Part shown: positions 27,911 through 37,674 of the stretch, in pieces
Layout: every line of letters begins with the position of its first letter
Position numbering within the stretch: the first letter of the stretch is position 1
Virus record (IMG/VR): IMGVR_UViG_3300024231_000003
Location: 23,709 to 87,708 of that record
Source of the DNA: a virus
Reading direction: 5' to 3' (one strand)
Length of the DNA: 64,000 nucleotides
Translations under genes and position numbers: made by a program
The notes under the pieces: model-generated
The model's database searches: none
Told to the model about the DNA's origin: nothing
Seen by the model: only the letters and a program-made list of their open reading frames with translations

Positions 27911-28671
27911 ATACATTGTATCTTGTATGTAGTCGCAGTTGCATAAATCAAATGGAAATACCATACTTACTTAATAACAGTCCTGATTTGCATGGTGAAA
28001 GCAAAGCTGGAGAACACTATGCAGGATACGAGCTTGATGGACAGCCTATTGATCATGAACCAGGAATACTTGGAAAAGTAAGAGTACATGATGATTATTG
28101 GAACTTGTCAGAAGAGGACTTTCAATATTATAACTTTGATGTAAGAAATGAATTAAACATTACTACTGATATGTTAGATAATCTACTTAACATTATTGAA
28201 GATAAAAGTATTGCAGTATTATTGCATGCACATAATTTAAACGATATATGGAAGTGGAGTAGAGACAAGCCAGTGATTGTAATTAACACAAAAATTGGTG
28301 ATTGGGAAGGCAACATTGAAACATGGGCTCCTAGGGAATATAATGTTCTAATGGAAGATGATAGAAATGCTAATTATAGTGGTACTGATCATGCGTGGCC
28401 AGGTTGTGAAGAGGTTGCCGCAGAATTTGTATCAAGAATGCATTTAGATAGCGAACTTGGTAGGGAACAAGCTGATAGATTAGTTACACAATCACAATGG
28501 ATGATAGCACCAGATATATACACACTATGGGATACAGTTGGTATTGCTCCACCTAGTAAAGAATGGATTGACGCATATTTGCAAGATTATACTGAGCACC
28601 AGGAATATAATCACGATTTATTAGTTGAGCTTAGAATAGCATATGACAATCATACTGGTAGATATGATTAA
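27907..28671 (+). CDS. Hypothetical protein
   Basis: Coupled 254 aa ORF. Confidence 0.6.
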   Translation: MNTLYLVCSRSCINQMEIPYLLNNSPDLHGESKAGEHYAGYELDGQPIDHEPGILGKVRVHDDYWNLSEEDFQYYNFDVRNELNITTDMLDNLLNIIEDKSIAVLLHAHNLNDIWKWSRDKPVIVINTKIGDWEGNIETWAPREYNVLMEDDRNANYSGTDHAWPGCEEVAAEFVSRMHLDSELGREQADRLVTQSQWMIAPDIYTLWDTVGIAPPSKEWIDAYLQDYTEHQEYNHDLLVELRIAYDNHTGRYD

Positions 28672-29008
28672 TTTTGATCTACCTATAAAAATATTTGTAT
28701 TTAAAGATGATAGTGAAGTCAAAGTATGCTTTAAAATATCTGATACATGTGTATTAAATAAATTTATTAGTATTGAAGATTTCCAGTATATTTGCAATAA
28801 CTGGCGTAATGGGGTAAATGGACTTGAAACTAATATGGGCAAAGTTTGGTGGGAACACAGAACCTCTGGGCCACGACCAAAATGTGAACCTGCAGATTTT
28901 GTATCAATTAACTTTAGTGATTGGAGTTTTAGAATAACAACTCTTGAAATGGAACAATTGGTACAGGAATTTAATAAACAGTTAATTGCAAAAAATCACT
29001 GGGATTAA
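28643..29008 (+). CDS. Hypothetical protein
   Basis: ORF in operon context. Confidence 0.5.
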   Translation: MTIILVDMINFDLPIKIFVFKDDSEVKVCFKISDTCVLNKFISIEDFQYICNNWRNGVNGLETNMGKVWWEHRTSGPRPKCEPADFVSINFSDWSFRITTLEMEQLVQEFNKQLIAKNHWD

Positions 29009-29020
29009 CTAAATACTATT

Positions 29021-29512
29021 ATGCAAAACTTGCTTCAAAGATTAAATTTAATTAACTTGTTACTAGTAGTGTCATTATCAGTACTGCTATGTTCACATGT
29101 CTGGTTAATTAAATCATTTTCGCATTTAAGAAACGCTAATCCACTTCATAATTTAAGAGCTCACGCAGTTGAGCCTATTTTTGAAGGTGACAAAGCTATT
29201 AAATTTACTGGTACTTTTGATCGCCATATTAAATGTACATTACTAAATTTTGACCTAAATCTAGTAAACGACAAATCAAATGACTCACTTTTACTAGGAC
29301 CACAACATTTAATTCAATCACCACCTCCAGCAACTGGTCCAGGAGAAAATATTGCAATATCTTTTACTCTTAAGATGCCAGAAATGATGACAATAGGTTT
29401 ATGGAACACTAAATTTACAGGATACTATCAGTGTTCACATGGTATATTTAATGACTATAAAGTGGTAGTAGTAGAAGTTGAACCTTTTTTAATCCAACCA
29501 TTAACACCTTGA
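29021..29512 (+). CDS. Hypothetical membrane-anchored protein
   Basis: N-terminal hydrophobic helix. Confidence 0.55.
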   Translation: MQNLLQRLNLINLLLVVSLSVLLCSHVWLIKSFSHLRNANPLHNLRAHAVEPIFEGDKAIKFTGTFDRHIKCTLLNFDLNLVNDKSNDSLLLGPQHLIQSPPPATGPGENIAISFTLKMPEMMTIGLWNTKFTGYYQCSHGIFNDYKVVVVEVEPFLIQPLTP

Positions 29513-29578
29513 CATACTGTCAGAATATGCTAATATATAAGGACTTAGCATTTATTTAACATATAGTGAAAAAATATG

Positions 29579-29607
29579 TTGACATAATCTAAATATATCT
29601 ATATAAT
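29579..29607 (+). promoter_or_regulatory. Consensus sigma70 promoter (second TTGACA promoter at 29509)
   Basis: TTGACA-17bp-TATAAT. Confidence 0.8.
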
Positions 29608-29638
29608 AATATTATTAACATCTTTAAAGGAGATATGT

Positions 29639-30394
29639 ATGACTATGACTATAAGAGACGTAGTGCAAGACGTTGTCAAGCACACAGCGGGCTTAGGTTT
29701 TATTAATTGCGTCAAAGTTACTGGCGCTGAACAAGAAACAACACTAGACGCAATGGATAGTGATCGAACAGTTATTTTGCAAGCAAAATTGCATAATGAT
29801 GTGCCAGAATTTGCTGGTGAATTTGGCTTAGGAAATCTAGGCTTTTTAAGTGGCATTACTAACCTTGGTAACTATCAAGCAGATGATGCAACAATAGAAG
29901 TTAGTAAACGTGATCGCAATGGTGTATCTACACCAGACGCATTATTGTTTAAAGACGCAGAAGGCAATACAGACCAATATCGTTTTATGAGCAAGGAAAT
30001 TATTGACCAAACACTACAAACTGTAAAGTTTAAAGGTGCTGAATGGGACGTAACATTTGAGCCAACAAAAGCAAAAGTAAGTGAACTACAACAAGTAGCA
30101 GGCATTTACGGTGGTATTGAACCTAACTTTACTGTTAAGACAGAAAACGGTAATTTAATTGTAACTGTTGGCGCAAGCGATGGTAGCTATACAGGTAAGC
30201 GTACATTTGCACAAAATGTAAATGGCGAACTTAACGAAGGTTATGCATGGCCATTATCACAAGTACTAGCAATTTTAAAACTAGGAATGAGCGGAGCATG
30301 TGTAATGCAAATCTCAAAGCGTGGCGCACTAATGATTAGTGTAGACTCAGGCATTGGCAAATACGATTATATTCTTCCAGCATTAACGGTGTAA
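29639..30394 (+). CDS. Probable DNA polymerase sliding clamp (gp45/PCNA-like)
   Basis: 251 aa two-domain alpha/beta pattern, AMDSDRTVIL, C-terminal YDYILPA; strong RBS. Confidence 0.6.
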   Translation: MTMTIRDVVQDVVKHTAGLGFINCVKVTGAEQETTLDAMDSDRTVILQAKLHNDVPEFAGEFGLGNLGFLSGITNLGNYQADDATIEVSKRDRNGVSTPDALLFKDAEGNTDQYRFMSKEIIDQTLQTVKFKGAEWDVTFEPTKAKVSELQQVAGIYGGIEPNFTVKTENGNLIVTVGASDGSYTGKRTFAQNVNGELNEGYAWPLSQVLAILKLGMSGACVMQISKRGALMISVDSGIGKYDYILPALTV

Positions 30395-30399
30395 ACATT

Positions 30400-31905
30400 A
30401 TGGCGACTAAGGTAAATTTAACTGAACGTAATAAAGATTATAGTGTCTTTTTACCAAGTATTAGTAGTTTTTATGATCGTACAATTAGTAAGTATCGTGA
30501 ATTGGGATCAGACTTTTATCCAGATTCACGTATACCTGCTGCATTTGAAAATGGTATCGAAGGATGTGATTTTCTAAAAACAGATGCCTATTATAATTAT
30601 AAATGGGGATTGTATTCAGCAGGACATGCTCAACTAGACTTAGCTAAAGCTAACACGCATGATAATATGGTACAAGGTCGTGAGAGAGACAAAACATTTA
30701 TCTTAGGCGACTCAGGTGGTTTCCAGATCATTAAAGGAGTTATCCAATGTGATTGGCCTAACTTTAAAACAGATGATACTTTGCGTAAAACAATTCTTAA
30801 TTGGTTGGAACATACTGCAGACTATTCAATGATCTTGGATATTCCAACACTTGCTGCTGATCCAACATTTAGTAAACGAACTGGCATTACTAGTTTTAAT
30901 GAATGTTTAGATTATACTGATTTTAATGTAAATTGGTTCAAAGCTAATCGTAAGTGGAATACAAAATACCTTAATGTTATGCAAGGCCGTAATTGGCAAG
31001 AAGCAGAGTATTGGTATGAGAATATGAAGCACCATGACTTGGATGGTTTTGCATTTGGAGGTGACGCTAAGAACGACATTAACATTATTCTACGTACATT
31101 AATTAAAATGCGTGATGATAAGCAATTAGAAAAAGGCAAACGAGATTTACTACACTACCTAGGTATTAGTAAACTTGAGTGGGCAGCAGCTTATACACAA
31201 ATTAAACGTAGTTTACGTGAAACTGTTAACAGTGATATCGAAGTTATGTTTGATTGTGCCTCTCCTTTTATTGCAACTGCCAAAGGACAAATTTACACAC
31301 AACACAATCACAAAGCTGATAAATTTGGTTATGTGATGGAAAGTGCGGTAGATGATAAACGCCTTGCTGGAAGTCAAATTCCATTCCCTTGGGGCAGTCC
31401 AGTTGGTGAGCGTATGAATATGGGAGACATTTGTCACTATGCGCCAGGTATGCTTAATAAAATTGGTAAAGAAGGTAAAACTTCTTGGGATAGTTTAACA
31501 TATTTCTTGTTAATGTCTCACAATGTTTATCAGCATATCGAAAGTGTACAACGTGCAAACGTATTGGTAGATACTGCAAAAGTACGTTATGACACAAATC
31601 ATAACAACTGGCGCAAACTTAAACATGGTAGCCGTGATGAGCAATTTGATGCTTGGGTACCACGCAATACTTTATATATGGTTAACTTTATTGATGAACT
31701 ATTTAAAAGTGAAACTCCAATGCAAATGTTAGATGAAGCGGCTCCTATGCTTGCTAACTTTAACGGTAAGAAAACTTTAACAACAAGCAACAATAGCTTT
31801 AATAGCTTGTTTGATGTTCAAGAAGTGCAATCATCAATTAATGAAGAATACTCAGAAGAGGAACAAGCAAAAGCTGCTGACTTCCTTGAAACTCTAGAAA
31901 ACTAA
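30400..31905 (+). CDS. TGT-fold guanine transglycosylase (DpdA-like)
   Basis: GDSGGFQ, MILD, VMQG, GFAFGG, HYLG, MFDCASP, SHN motifs of the TGT family. Confidence 0.8.
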   Translation: MATKVNLTERNKDYSVFLPSISSFYDRTISKYRELGSDFYPDSRIPAAFENGIEGCDFLKTDAYYNYKWGLYSAGHAQLDLAKANTHDNMVQGRERDKTFILGDSGGFQIIKGVIQCDWPNFKTDDTLRKTILNWLEHTADYSMILDIPTLAADPTFSKRTGITSFNECLDYTDFNVNWFKANRKWNTKYLNVMQGRNWQEAEYWYENMKHHDLDGFAFGGDAKNDINIILRTLIKMRDDKQLEKGKRDLLHYLGISKLEWAAAYTQIKRSLRETVNSDIEVMFDCASPFIATAKGQIYTQHNHKADKFGYVMESAVDDKRLAGSQIPFPWGSPVGERMNMGDICHYAPGMLNKIGKEGKTSWDSLTYFLLMSHNVYQHIESVQRANVLVDTAKVRYDTNHNNWRKLKHGSRDEQFDAWVPRNTLYMVNFIDELFKSETPMQMLDEAAPMLANFNGKKTLTTSNNSFNSLFDVQEVQSSINEEYSEEEQAKAADFLETLEN

Positions 31906-31916
31906 AGGAAAATAAT

Positions 31917-32105
31917 ATGACTAAAAAAATTAGACTTGTTGACGAAGGCGATATTTCAGATACAGAAAATAATGTAAAAACTAAAGCCCCATCTGCTTCA
32001 ACTGAAACAGTACACATTACTCAAATGCTAAAATATGCAGAAGCTATTGACTGGAAGCTTTGGGAAATCTTAAAGATCCTGAAACATCAAACAGGGGAAG
32101 ATTGA
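31917..32105 (+). CDS. Hypothetical protein
   Basis: AAGGA RBS; IDWKLWE motif. Confidence 0.6.
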   Translation: MTKKIRLVDEGDISDTENNVKTKAPSASTETVHITQMLKYAEAIDWKLWEILKILKHQTGED

Positions 32106-32106
32106 T

Positions 32107-32505
32107 ATGGCTCTAGCCGTAGCAAAACGCCAAATATGGGTAACATTTCAAAAAGAGGGTGTACACTTATATCCTGCGGCGAAAGACGACCCAGCATTGG
32201 CAACTGGAGGATGGGATGATGTATCATTCTTAGGAGTGGCACACCGTCACATTTTCCATTTTCGTGTAGCAATTGACGTATTCCATGATGACCGAGATAT
32301 TGAATTTATTCAATTCAAACGTTGGTTGGAATCATTATATGCTACTAATATACTTGAGCTTAATCATCGTAGTTGTGAGATGATTGCTGAAGAACTAGCA
32401 CAACAAATTCACAACAAATATCAAGGCCGTTCAATCACTATCACTGTAGCAGAAGATAATGAAAACGGTGCAACAATGACATTCAACCCTGAAGAGGAAA
32501 AATAA
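32107..32505 (+). CDS. queD: QueD-like (6-pyruvoyl-tetrahydropterin synthase, T-fold)
   Basis: EGVH, HRHIFHF, DRDIEF, SCEMIA, EDNENGA. Confidence 0.75.
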   Translation: MALAVAKRQIWVTFQKEGVHLYPAAKDDPALATGGWDDVSFLGVAHRHIFHFRVAIDVFHDDRDIEFIQFKRWLESLYATNILELNHRSCEMIAEELAQQIHNKYQGRSITITVAEDNENGATMTFNPEEEK

Positions 32506-32506
32506 A

Positions 32507-32848
32507 ATGTCCAATACTAAAACTTATACAAGTCCTGCTGAAAAGTACAGCATTGGCGGAGTATATTCACTGCAAGACATTAAATATGACTTGCTGAAAA
32601 TTATTGAGCCACATGACGGCTTAATGTATAATCGTAAAGATACTGAGAAAGTAAAACAGATCTTTTCGTCATATCTTACAGATCTACAACGATCTTGGAA
32701 GATGCGTGATCACTCAATTTATATTTCAGAAAAAGCAAATGCTTTTACCTTTGATATTGAAATTCGTATTCACAAAGATCGCAGCCCTAAGAAGCTGAAG
32801 ATCCACGTAGGTAAACTTGTTCACTATCGTGATCGTAAGACAGCCTAA
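32507..32848 (+). CDS. Hypothetical protein
   Basis: Operonic ORF with GAGG RBS. Confidence 0.6.
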   Translation: MSNTKTYTSPAEKYSIGGVYSLQDIKYDLLKIIEPHDGLMYNRKDTEKVKQIFSSYLTDLQRSWKMRDHSIYISEKANAFTFDIEIRIHKDRSPKKLKIHVGKLVHYRDRKTA

Positions 32849-33615
32849 TGAAAACCATTGTTCTAGTCACCGGTGGATTTGATCCACTACACAAAGGCCA
32901 TATCGCTTATTTTGAAGCGGCACGTACTTTGGGCGATGAACTTTGGGTAGGCGTAAACAGTGATGAATGGTTGACCCGTAAGAAAGGTCAACCGTTTATG
33001 CCTATGCAAGACCGTTGTGCAATTGTTAATGCACTTGGATGTGTTGATCAAGTTATTGGATTTAATGACGATGATAACAGCGCAAGCGGTGCAATATTTA
33101 CTACTCAATCAATGAATGGTAACATAAAATTAATCTTTGCTAATGGCGGAGATAGAAATGCAGGAAATATACCAGAAATGGACGCATATAGTCATGACCC
33201 CAATGTTGAATTTGCATTCGGTGTAGGTGGCGAAGATAAAAAGAATAGTTCATCTTGGATTTTAAAAGAGTGGCAAAAGCCAAATACTACTCGACTATGG
33301 GGCAATTATACTGTATTAGATAAACAAGACACTTGGCAAGTTAAAGAGCTATGCTTTGATGTTGGCAAATCATTATCAGATCAGCGTCACTTTGTTCGTA
33401 GTGAACATTGGTGTGTAGTTGATGGACTAGTTAAAATGGAACTAGAATACCCTAATGGTGATAAACTATCAAAAACATATGGTCCAGGTGAGAGTATTGA
33501 TATCCCTACAATGACATGGCATAAAGCCACTAATAGTGGAGATGTACCTGCTAAAGTGGTAGAAGTTTGGATGGGTACTACATTACAAGAAGATGATATT
33601 GAAAGAAGAGATTGA
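32848..33615 (+). CDS. Cytidylyltransferase (RfaE-II-like) fused to type II PMI-like cupin
   Basis: TGGFDPLHKGH, GVNSD, FANGGDR; LSDQRHFVRSEHW, EDDIER. Confidence 0.88.
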   Translation: MKTIVLVTGGFDPLHKGHIAYFEAARTLGDELWVGVNSDEWLTRKKGQPFMPMQDRCAIVNALGCVDQVIGFNDDDNSASGAIFTTQSMNGNIKLIFANGGDRNAGNIPEMDAYSHDPNVEFAFGVGGEDKKNSSSWILKEWQKPNTTRLWGNYTVLDKQDTWQVKELCFDVGKSLSDQRHFVRSEHWCVVDGLVKMELEYPNGDKLSKTYGPGESIDIPTMTWHKATNSGDVPAKVVEVWMGTTLQEDDIERRD

Positions 33616-34421
33616 TGGATACTAGATTTATTGCGGCACTAGATCAGAGTGGTGGATCAACACCAGGTGCATTAGACAACTATGGTGTAGAATACACTGA
33701 ACATAATATGTTTGATAAGATTCATGACATGCGTATGCGTATGGTTAACTCACCAGACTTTAATGACAAAAACATCTGGGCGGCAATCCTCTACCAAGAC
33801 ACAGTCACCCGTGGCATGGTTAATGTGCTTGACGAAAAAGGTATTGACACGTTCCTAAAGATTGACAGTGGTTGCGAGGAAAGCGGATTGCTCAAACAGT
33901 TTCCAGTAAAGCAGATGTTGGAGTGGGCTACTAACGGTATTGGTCCTAAGATTTATGGTACAAAGATGCGTAGCATTGTTAAAGGTGTAAGCATGGTACA
34001 TCCTGTACTCAAACAACAGTTTACACTTGCTCGTACTATTTGGGAGCATGGGCTTGTACCAATCATTGAGCCCGAAGTACCTATCGACAATCCTATTAAA
34101 GCTAAAGTTGAATCAGCTCTTATGCATCACTTGCAAGAGTTCTTGGATGAGTTTCCAGGTAAATGTATTCTCAAACTAACACCGCCAGAAGTACCTAACT
34201 TGTATCACAACCTTACCGTGTTTCCTAATGTAGAACGTGTTGTGTTCCTTAGTGGCGGATATGCTACAGCAGAAGCATGTAACAAACTTGGATTAAACGA
34301 CAATGTCACTGCCAGTTTTAGTAGAGCATTAAGTGAGGGTCTAAAGTATTCATTGACAGACGAAGAGTTTGATGTTAAAATAAGACAAAATATTAAAATG
34401 ATAACAGAGGCAAGTGCATGA
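33612..34421 (+). CDS. Fructose-bisphosphate aldolase class I
   Basis: FIAALDQSGGSTP, GTKMRS, PIIEPEV, LKLT, LSGGY, SFSRAL. Confidence 0.92.
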   Translation: MMDTRFIAALDQSGGSTPGALDNYGVEYTEHNMFDKIHDMRMRMVNSPDFNDKNIWAAILYQDTVTRGMVNVLDEKGIDTFLKIDSGCEESGLLKQFPVKQMLEWATNGIGPKIYGTKMRSIVKGVSMVHPVLKQQFTLARTIWEHGLVPIIEPEVPIDNPIKAKVESALMHHLQEFLDEFPGKCILKLTPPEVPNLYHNLTVFPNVERVVFLSGGYATAEACNKLGLNDNVTASFSRALSEGLKYSLTDEEFDVKIRQNIKMITEASA

Positions 34422-35482
34422 CAAATACAATTTACATTATTCCAATTGAGCCAATTGATCAACGCTATACAAAACAATGGTATGACAATATTCCACAGGT
34501 ACTTTTACAAGAGATCTCCAATAGAGAATTAGATTATAAAGTTATGACTATTGATGGTGAAGACTTTGCACCAGAGCAACGTACTGAAGGTGCTTTCCTA
34601 GACTTTGGCGCAACCAATGTATACAAAGCTAGCCAGACAGTATCAGTAAGCAAATTGTTTAGTAATGGTTTAGTTAAGCCAGGTGATAAGTTTTTAATTA
34701 CTGATGCTTGGAACTTTATTATTACACCAATTAAATATATGAGTGACTTGTTGGATATTCCAGTAGAGATACACAGTATTTGGCATGCAGGTGCATATGA
34801 TCCTAGTGATATTCTTGGATACAAAATGAGCAAGCCTTGGCCTTGGCTACAAGAACAGAGCTGGTTTATGAGTAGTGATTACAATTACTATGCAACTAAC
34901 AGTCACAAGGACATGTTCTTAAAGAACTTAGACATTCCAGAAAAATATGAACATAAAGCAATACGTAGTGGACAACCACATGAGCTTATCGTTGAACCTT
35001 TGTTACAGCGCCAAAACAGCGAGCGTTTTAACACAGTAATGTGGCCACATCGTTACAATGCAGACAAGCAACCTGAAATTGCTGAAGATATGGCATCAGC
35101 TTTTGATATGATTATTACACAAAAGATGGACTTAGATAAAAATGCATATTATGATTTAATGGCAACAAGTAAAGTTATCTTTAGTTGTGCATTGCATGAG
35201 AACTTAGGCATTAGTGTTATGGAAGCAGTACTTACAGGTGCAATTCCAATATTGCCAGATCGTTGTAGTTATGCTGAAATGTATTTGCCAGAGTTTAAAT
35301 ATCCAAGTGAATGGACTGAAAGTTTTGACTCTTACGAACAACACAAAGACAAGCTCAACGCATTTGTACAAGACAAGATTGATAACTATGATAATTATAA
35401 AAACATGGTGAAACAACAACAACAAATACTAATAGATGACTACTTAAATGCATCTATTATGATAGATAAATTATTAGAATAA
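34418..35482 (+). CDS. GT-B glycosyltransferase resembling the queuosine alpha-mannosyltransferase (GTDC1/QTMAN) family
   Basis: VMWPHRYNADKQPE, SCALHENLGISVMEA, PDRCSYAE. Confidence 0.75.
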   Translation: MTNTIYIIPIEPIDQRYTKQWYDNIPQVLLQEISNRELDYKVMTIDGEDFAPEQRTEGAFLDFGATNVYKASQTVSVSKLFSNGLVKPGDKFLITDAWNFIITPIKYMSDLLDIPVEIHSIWHAGAYDPSDILGYKMSKPWPWLQEQSWFMSSDYNYYATNSHKDMFLKNLDIPEKYEHKAIRSGQPHELIVEPLLQRQNSERFNTVMWPHRYNADKQPEIAEDMASAFDMIITQKMDLDKNAYYDLMATSKVIFSCALHENLGISVMEAVLTGAIPILPDRCSYAEMYLPEFKYPSEWTESFDSYEQHKDKLNAFVQDKIDNYDNYKNMVKQQQQILIDDYLNASIMIDKLLE

Positions 35483-35502
35483 TAAAGAAAAGGAGATGTA
35501 AT

Positions 35503-35712
35503 ATGACACCTATCGCAGACGGACTACTAGAAGCAGCTCGCAAACATGCTGAAGGAGTAATAGCATTACATAAAGCAAATGTAATGGTATATTTAAATAA
35601 CCCTGCTGGTATTGGCGAACATAGTGATGTAATGGAAGCTATCCAATCAGAATTAGATAAAATGGCATCCGCACACGACCAACTAGAAATGCTTGATGAA
35701 TATTTCAAATAA
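35503..35712 (+). CDS. Hypothetical phage protein
   Basis: YLNNPAGIGEHSD motif; AGGAG RBS. Confidence 0.7.
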   Translation: MTPIADGLLEAARKHAEGVIALHKANVMVYLNNPAGIGEHSDVMEAIQSELDKMASAHDQLEMLDEYFK

Positions 35713-35760
35713 ATTAAGATATATCAGTAGATATATATATACAAAAGGAACATAGTATAA

Positions 35761-36447
35761 ATGACAAAGACTTCCCAAATTAAACAACGTTTGCTTGATG
35801 CAAATATCCGCCACTGGGCAGGAGATAATATATCTTCAGTACTAGAAGATGGTGACAAAGAAGCACTAATTGATGATGCAACTGTAGCATTTGAAGGTGT
35901 ACTAGATGCACTACTAATTGACAGATTTAACGATCCTAACTCACATGGTACAGCAAAGCGTCTTGCCAAGATGTATTTTAATGAGATTATGGCAGGTCGA
36001 TATGAAGAAGCTCCAGCCGCGACAGCATTTCCAAATGATAACGGACATACATATAAAGGTATGTTAGTGGTACGTAGTGAACTTAAATCAATGTGTTCAC
36101 ACCATCATCAGCCTGTAGCTGGAGTTGCATACATAGGTATAATTCCTGGTGAGAAAGTTATTGGACTTTCAAAGTACACACGTATAGCGCAGTGGTGCGC
36201 ACGTCGAGGTACACTACAAGAAGAACTATGTAATGATATTATGCGAGAAATTATAAAGGCTACTGATAGTGAACACGTTGGTGTTTACATTCAAGCAACA
36301 CACGGCTGTTGTGAGAACAGAGGCATTATGGCACACAGTAGTTTAACACAAACTACAGTTCTTAATGGTGGGTTCTTAGATGATCCTAGTGTTAAGGAAG
36401 AGTTTTTCAATAACATTAAATTACAGCAAGAATTTGCACCACGATAA
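35761..36447 (+). CDS. folE: GTP cyclohydrolase I
   Basis: SMCSHHHQP, IGLSK, RRGTLQE, HGCCENRG. Confidence 0.95.
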   Translation: MTKTSQIKQRLLDANIRHWAGDNISSVLEDGDKEALIDDATVAFEGVLDALLIDRFNDPNSHGTAKRLAKMYFNEIMAGRYEEAPAATAFPNDNGHTYKGMLVVRSELKSMCSHHHQPVAGVAYIGIIPGEKVIGLSKYTRIAQWCARRGTLQEELCNDIMREIIKATDSEHVGVYIQATHGCCENRGIMAHSSLTQTTVLNGGFLDDPSVKEEFFNNIKLQQEFAPR

Positions 36448-36466
36448 ACAAGAACTGGAGAAAACA

Positions 36467-37015
36467 ATGATTAAAAAAGTACACTATACCTGGAAAGATG
36501 TTGAACACATGATCCAGTCAATCAATAACCTTATGTTTGCAGATAATTGGAGACCAGATTATGTAGTAGGACTCACACGTGGTGGCTTAGTACCGTCAGT
36601 TATTTTATCTAACATGACTGGTATTCCAATGCATGCCTTAGATGTAAGGTTCCGTGATACAAACGATACATATGGTCCAGAGAGTAATCTTTGGATGGCA
36701 GAAGATGCACTAGGATACAAGGGAGATGGATTAACACACAAACAGCACCGTAAAAATATTCTTATTATGGATGATATTAATGATAGCGGTCGTACATTGT
36801 CTTGGATTAAAGACGATTGGCGTGGGGGTTGTTTACCAAATGATCCAGCATGGAATGATATCTGGGGAGATACAGTACGCACTGCATGTCTAATAGATAA
36901 TGCTGGCAGTGAATTTGGTGACTGTGATTATACTGCCTTAGAAATTAATAAAAACGAAGAAGACGTTTGGGTAGTATTTCCTTGGGAAGGCGAACGTAAT
37001 TATGGCAACTGCTAA
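36467..37015 (+). CDS. Purine phosphoribosyltransferase (Gpt-like)
   Basis: VGLTRGGLVP, ILIMDDINDSGRT, WVVFPWE. Confidence 0.88.
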   Translation: MIKKVHYTWKDVEHMIQSINNLMFADNWRPDYVVGLTRGGLVPSVILSNMTGIPMHALDVRFRDTNDTYGPESNLWMAEDALGYKGDGLTHKQHRKNILIMDDINDSGRTLSWIKDDWRGGCLPNDPAWNDIWGDTVRTACLIDNAGSEFGDCDYTALEINKNEEDVWVVFPWEGERNYGNC

Positions 37016-37023
37016 ATAGAGCA

Positions 37024-37605
37024 ATGCACACATACAAAATTATTATTAGAGGATATGGTTCACAAGTAAATATTGGAACCATATCTTCTGATATGTATAG
37101 TTACTGGACATCTATAACTGATAGTAACTTAATAACAGATCAACTATTTCCAAATTTTGATAATGGCGGTTATGCTGATGACGTTGAAATAGATCCAGAT
37201 GATATAACTCAAATTGGAATGTGGAAAAGACATAACGATATTTTAACATTATGTAGTCCACTTATAGATTATTTGCACATACTAGTTTATGATGAATCTA
37301 ATAAGATAATACATACTCAAGATTCAATTGATCCAAAATCGTGCAGAACAGTTAATAGTGATGAAATAGGCAGTGGATACTTTATAAAAACAACTTTTGA
37401 TAAAAAAGGAGAGTTTGTAAGTATTGAACTTGAAGCAGAAGAATTTGATCCAACTAAGTTAAGTTTTCATAGCAAATCAGTAGATGGCGATGAATATCTA
37501 GATCGTGTAATGTACGATGGCAAGATGAAGAAAAACAAGCTAGATGACAGTCAAAGGCAGTCAGACGATGATAAACGCACATATCATTTAATAAAAAACA
37601 AATAA
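37024..37605 (+). CDS. Hypothetical protein
   Basis: 193 aa ORF; KGEF..EFDPTKL. Confidence 0.6.
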   Translation: MHTYKIIIRGYGSQVNIGTISSDMYSYWTSITDSNLITDQLFPNFDNGGYADDVEIDPDDITQIGMWKRHNDILTLCSPLIDYLHILVYDESNKIIHTQDSIDPKSCRTVNSDEIGSGYFIKTTFDKKGEFVSIELEAEEFDPTKLSFHSKSVDGDEYLDRVMYDGKMKKNKLDDSQRQSDDDKRTYHLIKNK

Positions 37606-37609
37606 ACAC

Positions 37610-37638
37610 TTGACAATCCAGTACACTGGTGCTATATT
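37610..37638 (+). promoter_or_regulatory. Sigma70-type promoter
   Basis: TTGACA-17bp-TATATT. Confidence 0.75.
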
Positions 37639-37674
37639 ATACGCATAACTAAAGTAACCATACTGGAGACAGAG

